From contig OY843751.1 in NCBI GenBank assembly GCA_963693055.1, positions 1,120,001 through 1,184,000 on the forward strand: a stretch of 64,000 nt of DNA. The letters run 5' to 3'. Source of the stretch: a bacterium (GTDB lineage: Bacteria > Zhuqueibacterota > Zhuqueibacteria > Residuimicrobiales > Krinioviventaceae). Positions 27,752-38,428 of this stretch are shown here, in pieces. Made by a program: the position numbers and the translations under genes. Below the pieces are notes generated by a model, which saw only the letters and a list, made by a program, of their open reading frames with translations, did no database searches and had not been told where the DNA came from. The first letter of the stretch is position 1; each line of letters opens with the position of its first letter.

Positions 27752-28843
27752 TCACCTTACAATCATTAATTTTTTTACAACTTTTTTATTGTCGAGATTT
27801 ATCCGATAAAAGTATATTCCGGTATTGACTATTTGCCCCGTATGATCAAGTCCGTCCCAGGTTATTTTGTTTATGCCTTTATGGGGATTACCAATATTCA
27901 GGGTCCTTATTATTTGTCCCAGGGGATTAAATATCTCAATATTTACATTTTCTGCTTTTTCTAATTGAAAGTTGATTGTGGTATGCTGACAAAAGGGATT
28001 GGGATAGTTTTTTGCATCCAGGTTGTAAGAGTCTGGTGTGATTCTATTTGAAATTCCGGTCTCGTTCCTGCTGCCATCCCAACCGGCGATTCTGGCCAAA
28101 AGCCACCAGAACGCCCGGCCTTTGACCTCACAGCTTTCATTGGTGGTGTGGCCGTTTTCATCTCCGTTGTATTGCGGGTGCTCCATGGGGATACTATTTA
28201 TTATATTTTGTTCATCATTATACCAGCAATCAAGATCTGCAAAATCGAACAATATTTTATTATTGTCTATGCAATACTGCCGTATCTGGTTGTTTCTGTC
28301 GAGCCGATTTTGTTCCATTGACTGGGCATTACCGGTCATGTATACAAAGGTGATTTCCGGAAATTCGCTTTCCAGTTGAGACATATTATCCAGATAAATC
28401 TGGGTTTGGGCTGTTGAATAATAATCAAGTTGGGTACACCAGGCCCAGGCAGATATATTTACATCTTTTGCCTGTAATACGGAACGAGTAATGTTTAAGG
28501 CATTATTGCCTTCCCAATATAGATCGGGAGTGATATAGGTTTCGCAGTAACCAGTTAAAAATTGTCCATCCATAAGGCTGAGAAAAGTTTCGGTAACCGG
28601 CATATTACAATTGTCAGGATAAAAGGCAAATTGAGAATCAGAATTAGATAAACGCTCCAACCCTACATAAATTTGTTCCCCGTGGGAAGTATGGGCATAA
28701 TGCGCTTTGAGTTGTTCTTTTACTAAACTGATCCAGCTATCTGGTATTTGGTTAATATCAGTACAATTGTGATCAATAATAATACCTTGTGAAAAACCGG
28801 GCAATGCAATAATCAGGATAAAAAGAATAAAGAGTTTTTTCAT
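27752..28843 (-). CDS. Secreted protein with SGNH-like hydrolase domain and C-terminal FlgD-Ig domain
   Basis: [22 protein letters not shown]...TGIYFYR. Confidence 0.75.
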   Translation of the reverse strand: MKKLFILFILIIALPGFSQGIIIDHNCTDINQIPDSWISLVKEQLKAHYAHTSHGEQIYVGLERLSNSDSQFAFYPDNCNMPVTETFLSLMDGQFLTGYCETYITPDLYWEGNNALNITRSVLQAKDVNISAWAWCTQLDYYSTAQTQIYLDNMSQLESEFPEITFVYMTGNAQSMEQNRLDRNNQIRQYCIDNNKILFDFADLDCWYNDEQNIINSIPMEHPQYNGDENGHTTNESCEVKGRAFWWLLARIAGWDGSRNETGISNRITPDSYNLDAKNYPNPFCQHTTINFQLEKAENVNIEIFNPLGQIIRTLNIGNPHKGINKITWDGLDHTGQIVNTGIYFYRINLDNKKVVKKLMIVR

Positions 28844-28879
28844 GGACCCCTCGTTATTATATAGATAATATCAATTCTT

Positions 28880-29539
28880 TCAAACTAGGTTCATCTGTTC
28901 AGCCGGGTATTGACGCAAAAGCTTGAACGCTTCATCGGCAGTAGTTGATTTGCAAAGCCACTTTTCCTCGTCCTCTGCAAGTAATATAACCGGCATGCGG
29001 GTATGGGGGATTTGCAGCAAGGTTTCATTGGCTTTAATTGTGATCAATGTACAAGAATAGATCTGTTCATTGCCCGGTAATGTGCAAATGTCCCATAACG
29101 CTGCAAATGAAAATATTTCCTGATCTATTAATTGAATATGCTTTTCACTTCTTTTTTGGTCCTTTGGGGCCAGCTTTTTGTCCGGCCATTCAAAGAATGA
29201 AGTTGCGGGAATAATGCATCTTTGTCCCTTTTTCCACGCGGATTTATAAGAAGCTTTTTCTGTGAGGGTCTCATAGCGGGCGTTAAAGGTACTGAATTTC
29301 TTTTCTTTTAAGGGTTTGTTCCACCATGATGGAATAATGTCCCAGCGAAAGAGGTTAATCTTACGGGTACCATTGTCTTCCAGAATAACAGGTACTTTAG
29401 ATTGGTTTTCACCTCGTGCGGGAAAGAAATCCTGAGTGCTAAAGAGTTTGTCTAGTTCTTCGGGAGGTATGTGTTCCAATCCATATTTTTCAACAAGGTT
29501 TTTGAGCCTCATATAGTTTATGGCGAAATGACCACACAT
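28880..29539 (-). CDS. SOS response-associated peptidase (SRAP/YedK/HMCES family)
   Basis: N-terminal MCG, FNARYET, RCIIPATSFFEW, HTRMPVIL. Confidence 0.9.
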   Translation of the reverse strand: MCGHFAINYMRLKNLVEKYGLEHIPPEELDKLFSTQDFFPARGENQSKVPVILEDNGTRKINLFRWDIIPSWWNKPLKEKKFSTFNARYETLTEKASYKSAWKKGQRCIIPATSFFEWPDKKLAPKDQKRSEKHIQLIDQEIFSFAALWDICTLPGNEQIYSCTLITIKANETLLQIPHTRMPVILLAEDEEKWLCKSTTADEAFKLLRQYPAEQMNLV

Positions 29540-29742
29540 ATAAAAATCCTTTTATTAGTTTATCAAGCTGGATCTGTATAAATTTAACAATATGATTTAT
29601 AGATTTTTTCCCTGATTTATATTGCAAAAATAGGAAATAAAATTTAAATGTAACAGTGAATTCTTGATTATTGCAAATGTTTTTCATACTATAACAATTG
29701 TAATAAATTCATTAAATTTCACATAAATTACAGGAGTGATGT

Positions 29743-31095
29743 ATGGATGCGCTATATCTTTCTCGATTGCAGTTTGCGCTAACAATCGCGTTCCATTATC
29801 TGTTTCCTCCCATTTCTATCGGCCTGGGTTTATTGCTGGTATTTATGGAGGGGATGTATCTTAAAACCAAAAATCAGTTGTATCACCGGATGACCCGTTT
29901 TTGGGTTAAAGTTTTTGGCCTTGTGTTTGCTCTGGGTGTTGCATCTGGTATTGTGATGGAGTTCCAGTTTGGTACAAACTGGTCAACCTATTCACGCTTT
30001 GTGGGTGATGTCTTTGGCAGCGCACTTGCGGCTGAAGGTATTTTTGCTTTTTTCCTGGAATCCGGATTCCTGGCTGTTTTGTTGTTCGGGTGGAACAAGG
30101 TAAAACCCCGCACCCATTTCTTTTCAACTATTATGGTAGCGTTTGGTGCGCATTTTAGTGCCGTTTGGATTGTTGTTGCAAATTCTTGGCAGCAAACTCC
30201 GGCAGGTTATCATATTGTTGAAACAGCAAATGGTGCACGTGCAGAGATTGTAGACTTTTGGGCCATGCTTTTTAATCCCTCAACCGTTGACAGACTGAGT
30301 CATACCATTATGGGTGCGTGGCAGACTGGCGCCTTTTTTGTGATCAGCGTAAGTGCCTGGTATTTACTCAAAAATAAACATGTTGATTTTGCCAAGGCCG
30401 GACTTAGAATAGCACTAGTTTTTGCTGCCGCAGCATCTATGCTACAATTGGTTACCGGGCATTCCAGTGCAGTTACTGTATCTGAAACCCAACCTGCCAA
30501 GCTCGCGGCTATGGAGGCACATTTTGATGAAATGGCACCAGCGGATCTTTATCTTTTTGGTTGGGTGAATGCAGACCAGCAGCGTGTTAATTTGGGTGTA
30601 CGTATTCCGGGTATGCTTAGCTTTCTGGTTTACGGAGATTCGAATAAACCATTAAAGGGATTAAATGCATTCCCTGAGGATGAACGTCCACCTATAAATG
30701 TGGTTTTTCAGGCATACCATATTATGGTTGCTGTTGGTATGTTTCTCATTCTGATATCCTGGTTGGGGCTGGCACTATTGTGGAAAGATAAAGTCTATAA
30801 GGCCAGATGGTTATTGTGGGTATATGTCTTTTCAGTACTAGGGCCTCAAGTTGCAAATCAATTGGGATGGATTGCCGCCGAAGTTGGCAGGCAACCCTGG
30901 ATTGTTTATGGTCTGTTAAAAACCAAGGATGCTTATTCTCCGGTTGTGAGTGGTGGACAAGTTTTAACATCTATAATTCTATTCGGATTTATCTATCTGT
31001 TATTGTTTGCCTTGTTTGTCTATTTGCTGAATGAAAAAATTAAAAACGGACCGGAGCTTGAAGAAAAAACCATAGAGGAGGGACATTTGGCATGA
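29743..31095 (+). CDS. cydA: Cytochrome bd ubiquinol oxidase subunit I
   Basis: [31 protein letters not shown]. Confidence 0.97.
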   Translation: MDALYLSRLQFALTIAFHYLFPPISIGLGLLLVFMEGMYLKTKNQLYHRMTRFWVKVFGLVFALGVASGIVMEFQFGTNWSTYSRFVGDVFGSALAAEGIFAFFLESGFLAVLLFGWNKVKPRTHFFSTIMVAFGAHFSAVWIVVANSWQQTPAGYHIVETANGARAEIVDFWAMLFNPSTVDRLSHTIMGAWQTGAFFVISVSAWYLLKNKHVDFAKAGLRIALVFAAAASMLQLVTGHSSAVTVSETQPAKLAAMEAHFDEMAPADLYLFGWVNADQQRVNLGVRIPGMLSFLVYGDSNKPLKGLNAFPEDERPPINVVFQAYHIMVAVGMFLILISWLGLALLWKDKVYKARWLLWVYVFSVLGPQVANQLGWIAAEVGRQPWIVYGLLKTKDAYSPVVSGGQVLTSIILFGFIYLLLFALFVYLLNEKIKNGPELEEKTIEEGHLA

Positions 31096-32120
31096 GTTTA
31101 GTATTTGATTTAAATACAATTTGGTTCTTTCTGGTGGGTATTCTTTTAACCGGGTATGCAATTCTTGATGGATTTGACTTGGGAATTGGTGCATTGCACC
31201 TTTTTGCAGAAACCGATCATGACCGTAGAATTATGCTCAACTCTATTGGACCCATCTGGGATGGAAATGAAGTGTGGCTTGTGACTGGTGGCGGTGCATT
31301 GTTTGCCGCCTTTCCCGAAGTTTATGCTACTGCATTTTCTGGCTTTTATATGGCACTTATGTTATTGTTGTTCAGCCTCATTTTTCGGGCTGTTGCTATA
31401 GATTTCCGGAGCAAACAGTCGTCAAAGGTGTGGCGTAAAACCTGGGACATCAGTTTTACCATCAGTAGTATTGTTGCTTCGTTACTTATTGGTACTGCGC
31501 TTGGTAATGTAGCGTGGGGTGTGCCTTTGGATGCAAATCACGAGTATGCCGGATCATTCTGGACACTTTTGAACCCCTATTCTTTATTGGTAGGTGTTTT
31601 GGTTGTTGTGTTATTTATGATGCATGGTGCACTTTATGGTATCCTCAAAACTGAAGGCGACTTGCAGAAAAAATTGGGTAAATTGTTTAAAACCAATTTT
31701 ATCTTGTTTGGAATTGGTTATATTGTAGTAACCGTAGCCACATTATTATTTGCGGACAATATTACAGAACATTACAAATCTAGTCCGGTTTTGATGATAT
31801 TTCCAATTATTAATGTTTTATTGATTGTAAATGTTTGGTGGCAGCACCATAGGGGCAAAGAGCTTGCGGCGTTTTTATCGTCTTGTTTTACGATACTGCT
31901 GCTTATGTTGATTTTTGGATTGGGAATTTATCCGGATATGTTGTTTTCTAATCCTATAGCTGGTAATACACTGGATATTTACAATGCAGCATCTTCGCAA
32001 AAAACATTAAAGATCATGTTGATTATTGCTTTAATTGGCATGCCTTTTGTGATCATGTACACATCTACTATATTTTGGATATTCAGGGGAAAGGTTAAGC
32101 TGGATTCCAGTAGTTATTAA
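31092..32120 (+). CDS. cydB: Cytochrome bd ubiquinol oxidase subunit II
   Basis: LDGFDLGIG, GPIWDGNEVWL; ATGA overlap with cydA. Confidence 0.97.
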   Translation: MSLVFDLNTIWFFLVGILLTGYAILDGFDLGIGALHLFAETDHDRRIMLNSIGPIWDGNEVWLVTGGGALFAAFPEVYATAFSGFYMALMLLLFSLIFRAVAIDFRSKQSSKVWRKTWDISFTISSIVASLLIGTALGNVAWGVPLDANHEYAGSFWTLLNPYSLLVGVLVVVLFMMHGALYGILKTEGDLQKKLGKLFKTNFILFGIGYIVVTVATLLFADNITEHYKSSPVLMIFPIINVLLIVNVWWQHHRGKELAAFLSSCFTILLLMLIFGLGIYPDMLFSNPIAGNTLDIYNAASSQKTLKIMLIIALIGMPFVIMYTSTIFWIFRGKVKLDSSSY

Positions 32121-32124
32121 TTTC

Positions 32125-32156
32125 AAGCGCATCAGTTAGCTGGTGCGCTTTTTTTT
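32125..32156. terminator. Terminator after cydB
   Basis: AAGCGCATCAG...CTGGTGCGC followed by T8. Confidence 0.75.
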
Positions 32157-33417
32157 ATGCTATATGGTAGCCTGCAGGCAAGTCTGTTTCTTTTTGGCAA
32201 TCCGGGCATAATCCCTGACTGAAACGTGCTTTGGTATGATTTGACATATAGGTTTCTACTTCGTGCCAGTACCCCTTATCATCCCTGATTTTTTTACAAC
32301 TGGCACAAATAGGTAACAGTCCACTCAACTCTTTAACTTCATTAAGGGTTTTCGAAAGTTCATCAACCAGATTTTTCTGCTCTTTTTCAAGCTTTTTTTG
32401 TTCAGTAATATTATTTAATATCAATAATTGACCAAAGTTTTGGTTCCCCTTTTTGTTAACAAGGGTTATTTTAATATCATAGCATGTTGTTTCGGGATTA
32501 TTGATTTCCAGTTCTGTTCTTATTGCAGTATGTTTTTTAACCAGTTTAAGCAAATCAGGCCACTTTATCAATATTTCATTGATATTCTTACCCAAAAGAT
32601 CATCGTTGTAATCCAAAATGTTATAAATAGCAGGATTTGCATCAACAATACGATCTTTGGAATCAATAACAAGCAAGCCCTCTGCCATGGTATCTACCAG
32701 GTTGTGACGTGCTATAGGTAAAAGAATAAATATTTTAAATCTGTATATAGTATAAAAAAGAATGATTCCTGATATCATCATTGTTAGCGGAGTGATGTCA
32801 AGGCCCGGTAGTGGATTTATTTTAAAAACATAAATAATGTTGCCAATAAATGACATAAATGAAGCAACAAGAATTAATATGGTTTGGCTTTTATACTTTT
32901 CCTTAAACCGCTTGGTTGCTAGTACAAGATTATAAATACCCAGTGTTAATATTAGATATGTAAAGGTAATAAAAACCCAAAAAAATAGTCCATAAGTGAA
33001 AAATACTCCGTTAGTAGATTTAACAATCACGAGCTTTTGCCAGATCAAATGATGATAGCTGTTTGTTGAGGAAAGTAATAGCGTTAATGCCGGAATAGAA
33101 AATATGAGAAAATAAAATCGTAGATTATATTTCTTGACTTTTTTATTGTATTGCAACGCAAACATGAAAAAGAATACTGCTGTAACACAAATTCCAATAT
33201 AAGAGATTTGTGACCATAACAGCTTGAGTTCCAATGTAGTTGCTGCAATTTTAAACGCGTTTCCAAAGGACCAAATTGTTACCGCAAATTCGAGCAGCGC
33301 CAGGTATTTGATTTCGAGATTAACACAATGTTTGCATATTATCAAGGCAACCAGTAAAGAAAAAGCGGCGACTGCTAAATAAATGTTACTGAAAATTGTG
33401 AAATGATAAAGTTGCAA
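32155..33417 (-). CDS. HisKA_7TM + PAS sensor with C-terminal Cys4 domain
   Basis: 7TM N-terminus, PAS (GLLVIDSKDRIVDANPA), LPICASCKKIRDDKGYW...CPDC. Confidence 0.8.
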   Translation of the reverse strand: MQLYHFTIFSNIYLAVAAFSLLVALIICKHCVNLEIKYLALLEFAVTIWSFGNAFKIAATTLELKLLWSQISYIGICVTAVFFFMFALQYNKKVKKYNLRFYFLIFSIPALTLLLSSTNSYHHLIWQKLVIVKSTNGVFFTYGLFFWVFITFTYLILTLGIYNLVLATKRFKEKYKSQTILILVASFMSFIGNIIYVFKINPLPGLDITPLTMMISGIILFYTIYRFKIFILLPIARHNLVDTMAEGLLVIDSKDRIVDANPAIYNILDYNDDLLGKNINEILIKWPDLLKLVKKHTAIRTELEINNPETTCYDIKITLVNKKGNQNFGQLLILNNITEQKKLEKEQKNLVDELSKTLNEVKELSGLLPICASCKKIRDDKGYWHEVETYMSNHTKARFSQGLCPDCQKETDLPAGYHIA

Positions 33418-33482
33418 GTATTTATCCTTATTGTTAAAATATATAAAAAAGCAGACTCTAAAATCTATATGGACTGCATTTA

Positions 33483-34748
33483 TCAGGTTTTAGAAAATTC
33501 CGGGTATAGACGGTTTCTGCATTCCGGACAAATACCATGCGTAAAATGTGCTTTAGAATGGTTCATTACAAATGCTTCAACCTGATGCCAATAGCCTTTA
33601 TCGTCACGGATCTTTTTGCATTTTCCGCAGATTGGCATTAGCCCATTTAATTGTTTTACCTGGGCAATTGCATTTTGCAATTCTTTGATGAGTTCTTCTC
33701 TTTCTTTTGCCATTACAACTCTGGGGGTAATATCGTCCAGAATGATTAATTTACCAAAAGATACCTGATCTCTTTGCCGGATTCTGTTTATTCTAACCTG
33801 ATAGTATTTATCATCTCCGTTTATGTTTAAAAAGATGGTTTGATCTTTTTCTTCATTTTCTATAATTGTTAAAAGCTCGGGTAAAGATTTTAATTTTTCA
33901 TTTATTTGAAAGCTTATTAATTTTTTTGCAGGGGCATTGAATAAATTACTCATGACCGGGTTAATATCAACTATCCTGTCTAAATCATCAATTGCTAACA
34001 AGCCATTTTGCATTTCATCTACCAATTGGTGTCTTGCAAAAGGGACCAGATCAAACAATTTGTTTTTGGTAACCGCAATATAAAAGATCAAACCTGTAAA
34101 TATCATACCTATTGGTGTGAGATCCAAATTGAGAGTTAGATCTATATTGAGGACGTACATCAAGTTACCAATTATAGGTATAATTGTGGCAATTACAAGA
34201 GTAATGATTTGGGTTTTGTAGAATTGGGGGAATTTGAAAAAAGATTTAAAAACCATTATATATGAAATAAAGATCAAATTATAGCTATATACAGTGTTCA
34301 TCCAATATAATGGTCCATGGTAGTATTTAGCAATGTTATACTTTGGCCCAATTTCAATCATTGTCCAAAGAAGTGTATAATTGTTTTTATAGAAAACATT
34401 AAACAAGATAATCATTGGAAAGATTGAGAGTATTGCCACTGTCTTTTTATTTATGAAATTATGTTTTTGCGTAAAGGCTAGTGCAAACAAAAAGAATAAA
34501 GCTGGGGATGTTACTATTCCTAAATAGGAAATTTGAGACCATAATAACTTTTGTTCTGTACCCGTTCCCGCAACTTCGAATCCGGCACACACAGCCCAAA
34601 TTGCTACAGCAAATTCAAGTGCTGCCAAGTAACGGGTTTCCTGAATTTGTCGTTTTTTTAATAGGATAAATATTACAAACAGAGCAAAAGCAGCTGAATA
34701 AAAATATATGTTACTTAATATTGAAAAATTATAATGTTCCATATACAT
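33483..34748 (-). CDS. HisKA_7TM + PAS sensor with C-terminal Cys4 domain (tandem paralog)
   Basis: Same architecture; MPICGKCKKIRDDKGYW...HGICPEC. Confidence 0.8.
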   Translation of the reverse strand: MYMEHYNFSILSNIYFYSAAFALFVIFILLKKRQIQETRYLAALEFAVAIWAVCAGFEVAGTGTEQKLLWSQISYLGIVTSPALFFLFALAFTQKHNFINKKTVAILSIFPMIILFNVFYKNNYTLLWTMIEIGPKYNIAKYYHGPLYWMNTVYSYNLIFISYIMVFKSFFKFPQFYKTQIITLVIATIIPIIGNLMYVLNIDLTLNLDLTPIGMIFTGLIFYIAVTKNKLFDLVPFARHQLVDEMQNGLLAIDDLDRIVDINPVMSNLFNAPAKKLISFQINEKLKSLPELLTIIENEEKDQTIFLNINGDDKYYQVRINRIRQRDQVSFGKLIILDDITPRVVMAKEREELIKELQNAIAQVKQLNGLMPICGKCKKIRDDKGYWHQVEAFVMNHSKAHFTHGICPECRNRLYPEFSKT

Positions 34749-34843
34749 AAATCACACAGATGGTTTATTGGAAAAATAATTTTAAATTCAAGATTTTTTC
34801 TCATCAAAGTTAATGAAAATGTTCTATTCTTACAATACTTTTA

Positions 34844-35536
34844 TCAAAATCCTATAGAAATACCCAATTGGAATGTTAATAGATTTGTTCTGTCTTTGAC
34901 TGTATCAAAAATGACCTTGTTGCCATCTGTATGGTTATAACCGGTTATCATACTCGTCTCTCCACCATATAAATAACGTAACCGCAAATCAAACCACAAA
35001 TCTTTAAATGCATTTTCTTCATTTGATGATGCAAAATTATAAATATGATACATGAAACCGGCTCCTGCCCCATAACATAAAACTTGATCTTTTTCTGTCG
35101 TTTCAAAGGTTGAACCGTCTTCCACAATACCGTAAATAGGGCCGGTAACTCCTCCGGACTCTGCAAAGAGATGCTGAAAGCCCAGCATTGCATCAAAGTA
35201 TGGACGAAAAGTATCGTTTGATATCTGGGTACGAAAAATTAAAAGACCGATTATAGTGCCTTGTATGGATTCCCCGGAAATCTTGCCGGTTGGTGTGTTG
35301 AATTCTAGTTTGTCGGGATCGAAAAAAAGTGCACTTGCTTCGATTCCTGCCCAAAAGGGGCTGTCACCCAATGACATCAAAAAAGAACCATCAAAACCGT
35401 AACCAAAATCGTTTACATTTTCTTTGAATTCACCGCTTGTTAAACCCATTACAGGATGAAAATTTAAATATACATTTTGTGAAAAAGAGATACCGGAAAC
35501 AAGTAAAATAAAGATTATTAAGAGTTTTGATTTCAT
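34844..35536 (-). CDS. Small outer-membrane beta-barrel protein
   Basis: Signal peptide, RPYFD, YGAGAG, C-terminal LGISIGF. Confidence 0.75.
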   Translation of the reverse strand: MKSKLLIIFILLVSGISFSQNVYLNFHPVMGLTSGEFKENVNDFGYGFDGSFLMSLGDSPFWAGIEASALFFDPDKLEFNTPTGKISGESIQGTIIGLLIFRTQISNDTFRPYFDAMLGFQHLFAESGGVTGPIYGIVEDGSTFETTEKDQVLCYGAGAGFMYHIYNFASSNEENAFKDLWFDLRLRYLYGGETSMITGYNHTDGNKVIFDTVKDRTNLLTFQLGISIGF

Positions 35537-35603
35537 GTTTTCCTCTGTCTTGTACGTATGTTTTTTAGACGAAAAATCTGTACACGGGTTTCAAAGTATC
35601 AAG

Positions 35604-36110
35604 CTACTTGTTATATATGCAATAATTTTCTTCAGGAGCACGTTGTGGAATTTCAGGTATATTTGTCTGGTGCCCTACTAGAATTACCGCAAAATTATAA
35701 TGGGAATCTGATGATCCATATTTCTTACGGAAATTTCCTGATCTATCAACTCTCCTCTGTAAAGCAGGCCGCTCCCAGGCCATGCGCATGAATTGCAAGC
35801 AGCATGTTTTGCGCGCACATGGCTGCATCCATTGCCGGAGCAAAGGTTTCATCGCTATATAGAGTGTCTACAATGATATGTATTTGAATTGGGCTTTATC
35901 AAGCATGCTTTGGTTAGAACTATTGCCTATTGTTATATTTTCGATCTTGTTTTCTATGATGATGAATTTCCATGGCTGACGATTAAAGGCAAAAGGGGCC
36001 CAGGTACCTGCTTTGACGATCTGTCCAATCAGGCTCCGGGAAACGGTTTTGGGTTTCCTACAGCGTATACTGCGTATGGAAAAGATGGCAGAAAAGAGAT
36101 CATCTTGTTT
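35604..36110 (-). pseudogene. Degraded nitroreductase-family gene
   Basis: Minus-strand fragments IRSIRCRK...AGTWAPFAFNRQPWKFII and DAAMCAQNMLLAIHAHGLGAACF, broken by stops/frameshifts. Confidence 0.7.
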
Positions 36111-36412
36111 GGGGTTTAAGAGATTTGATAAATTGATTTGTTAGTTTTCTTGTTTGAGCCAATTTTTTAATAATTCAACCTTTCACGGGACCACTGTATG
36201 CCTGGTGTAATGTTTTTTGCTAGTTTGTTCCATTGTTCCAATAGTGTGAATAGTTCTTTTGATACGTCATCGAGTTTTACGTAATCCGGCTTTTCATTTT
36301 GTGTCAGTACATCAGGTGAATATGCATAATATCTTAAATTTTGACACAATCGATCCAAATCGGTTTGAGTTTTCAGGGTTCTATCCTGTATTGTTGTTAA
36401 TTAAAAAGTGCT

Positions 36413-37531
36413 TTAAATTTCGAGATGAAATGGTGTTTTATGATATTTATCGCCATTGATTAAAAGCTCTATAGAATGAACCCCTGAATAAAACTTGCGT
36501 GTTGAAAGTGGCATGAATTTATGTTTTTTTACAATACTCAATTTTTCAAAGGGTTTGATTTGTTTTTTTGATATTTTAAAAACTTTGGGAGCTGTTTTTC
36601 CATTCGCTTTAACAAAGTGCACCAGGTAATCTATCATCAGGTTTTGTGGAGAGTCTTGTTTGGATTCAATTGAGAGATGGATTGTTAATTCTTGCCCCAT
36701 TTTTATTTTAGTTGGATTTAGGTTTATTTTGCTGACCTCAATTTGTGGAGCAGCAGTGTATCCTAATAGCTCCAGGGCATCTTTATTGCCTTGTTTAACC
36801 AGCGTTCTTGCCGCATGGCTTATAATCCATTGTGTACCCTTGTTTTTTATTTTTTGCCATTCTTTCAAAGTGTTTACAATAATTTGGGGATTGTCTTTGG
36901 CTATATCATTGAGGTTGTTAGCTACCGATCTGCGAACATATAACTCTTGATCCGTTTTTAATAGTTCAAGTAATTCAATAACCGGTTTCGGATCTTTTTG
37001 GAACATTTTTAATTGTCTTCCCAATGGTAATCGTGGACGCGTGCCTTCAGACACCAACCGACGAACATGGCAGTTGGAATCGTGGGCCCAGGTTCTTAGA
37101 ATTTTTAATGTTTTTTCTGGCTCTGATTCTATAAAGTACCCCAAGTCTCCCTCGGCGGAAAAACGTTTGGTCATTTCATATAATGCATTCATGGATAAAT
37201 CATAATGCTCAATACCATACTTGCTAACATAACGGGTTTGTGGAATGATAATAAAACCATTATAGCCGCTCAAGTTGTTTTGTTCCAGCTCGGGTTCCAA
37301 TGCATTCAGCAGGATTTTAACAGCTTGATGGTAAGATTTGGGCAAAAATTGATATAAAGCATCAGTGATTAATGCAGACCTTTCGCCATATTGCAACTCA
37401 TTCAGAGTTGGCAATATAGAATCCAGAAATCCTTTTTCATCAAAAGAAGGCCAGGATTGTGATAAACGTATTGCAAATCTTGTTACTACTTTTTTATTAA
37501 AAACATTTCTAAATTGAAATCCTGTTTCCAT
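36413..37531 (-). CDS. DNA alkylation repair protein (AlkC/AlkD-like HEAT-repeat glycosylase with C-terminal Ig-like domain)
   Basis: MTKRFSAE, HVRRLVSEGTRPRLP, YVRRSVANNLNDIAKD, KVFK, TRKFYSG. Confidence 0.88.
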   Translation of the reverse strand: METGFQFRNVFNKKVVTRFAIRLSQSWPSFDEKGFLDSILPTLNELQYGERSALITDALYQFLPKSYHQAVKILLNALEPELEQNNLSGYNGFIIIPQTRYVSKYGIEHYDLSMNALYEMTKRFSAEGDLGYFIESEPEKTLKILRTWAHDSNCHVRRLVSEGTRPRLPLGRQLKMFQKDPKPVIELLELLKTDQELYVRRSVANNLNDIAKDNPQIIVNTLKEWQKIKNKGTQWIISHAARTLVKQGNKDALELLGYTAAPQIEVSKINLNPTKIKMGQELTIHLSIESKQDSPQNLMIDYLVHFVKANGKTAPKVFKISKKQIKPFEKLSIVKKHKFMPLSTRKFYSGVHSIELLINGDKYHKTPFHLEI

Positions 37532-37904
37532 TATTTTATCCGTTTTCTTGTTCATGTGATATTTGTACAAATCTTGGTTTTTGATTCTGTTAAAAATTTT
37601 CAAGTAAAGTATTGATAAATTACAGGTTTTGTAGTAAATTAACAGAATTATTTACTCATAGGGATTTTCTTTTTGTATTTTCTGAATATATGAAATATAT
37701 TATGGAAAATGAAAAATCATTTTATTTGAATTAAACAGATTTAATGATTTGTCTAAAAAATATTTGCTTTGATGAAAATATTGATTTTTAATAGTTTATT
37801 TATTATATTGGTTGTTGTAAAGAGAACCGGGAATTGCCATCAAACTAATACTAAATTGATAATCAAAAGTTGGAATTGAAAAATAACAACAGGTGTTATT
37901 GAAA

Positions 37905-38399
37905 ATGAAAAAGAATCTTGTTCTGGTTTTATTGTTTTTGTTTGCGGTTACTGTATCGGCACAAACGGGTATGCCATCATCTGCTGGAGCTGGTGCGTCA
38001 CAATATGTGCTTGGGAATAGCGATGAAGTTTTAATGCCCGTTAATGTTTGGGGTTTTGTTGGAAAACCAGGTCAATATATGGTACCCTACAAGACAGATT
38101 TGGTGTCACTTTTATCTTATGCAGGTGGTCCACTTGAAGAAGCAAAGATAAAAAGCATTCGCGTGGTTCGCAGTGGGAAAAGCGGTGAGGAAGGTCAAGT
38201 CATTGAAGTGAATGTGAAGGAATTTATTGAAAAAGGAAGCAGTGAACTTATTCCGGTTTTAGAACCTGGTGATACAATTGTTGTTTCTGGTACTACTTTT
38301 AATTTTGTAAGAAACAGTTTGCAATTTGTAGTCCAGGTTGCAGCACTTGCTCAGATTTATGCAATTATAGAGTATTATACTGCAAGAGCCAACGATTAA
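37905..38399 (+). CDS. SLBB-domain polysaccharide export protein (short Wza-like)
   Basis: VNVWGFVGKPGQY, LSYAGG, LEPGDTIVV; directly upstream of wzc. Confidence 0.8.
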   Translation: MKKNLVLVLLFLFAVTVSAQTGMPSSAGAGASQYVLGNSDEVLMPVNVWGFVGKPGQYMVPYKTDLVSLLSYAGGPLEEAKIKSIRVVRSGKSGEEGQVIEVNVKEFIEKGSSELIPVLEPGDTIVVSGTTFNFVRNSLQFVVQVAALAQIYAIIEYYTARAND

Positions 38400-38428
38400 T
38401 AGTAATTGAAATTATTGGGAAAACAAGA

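Noticed and set aside
29660-29725. Rex/Fnr-type site upstream of cydA
   Set aside because: Only half-site matches in very AT-rich DNA.
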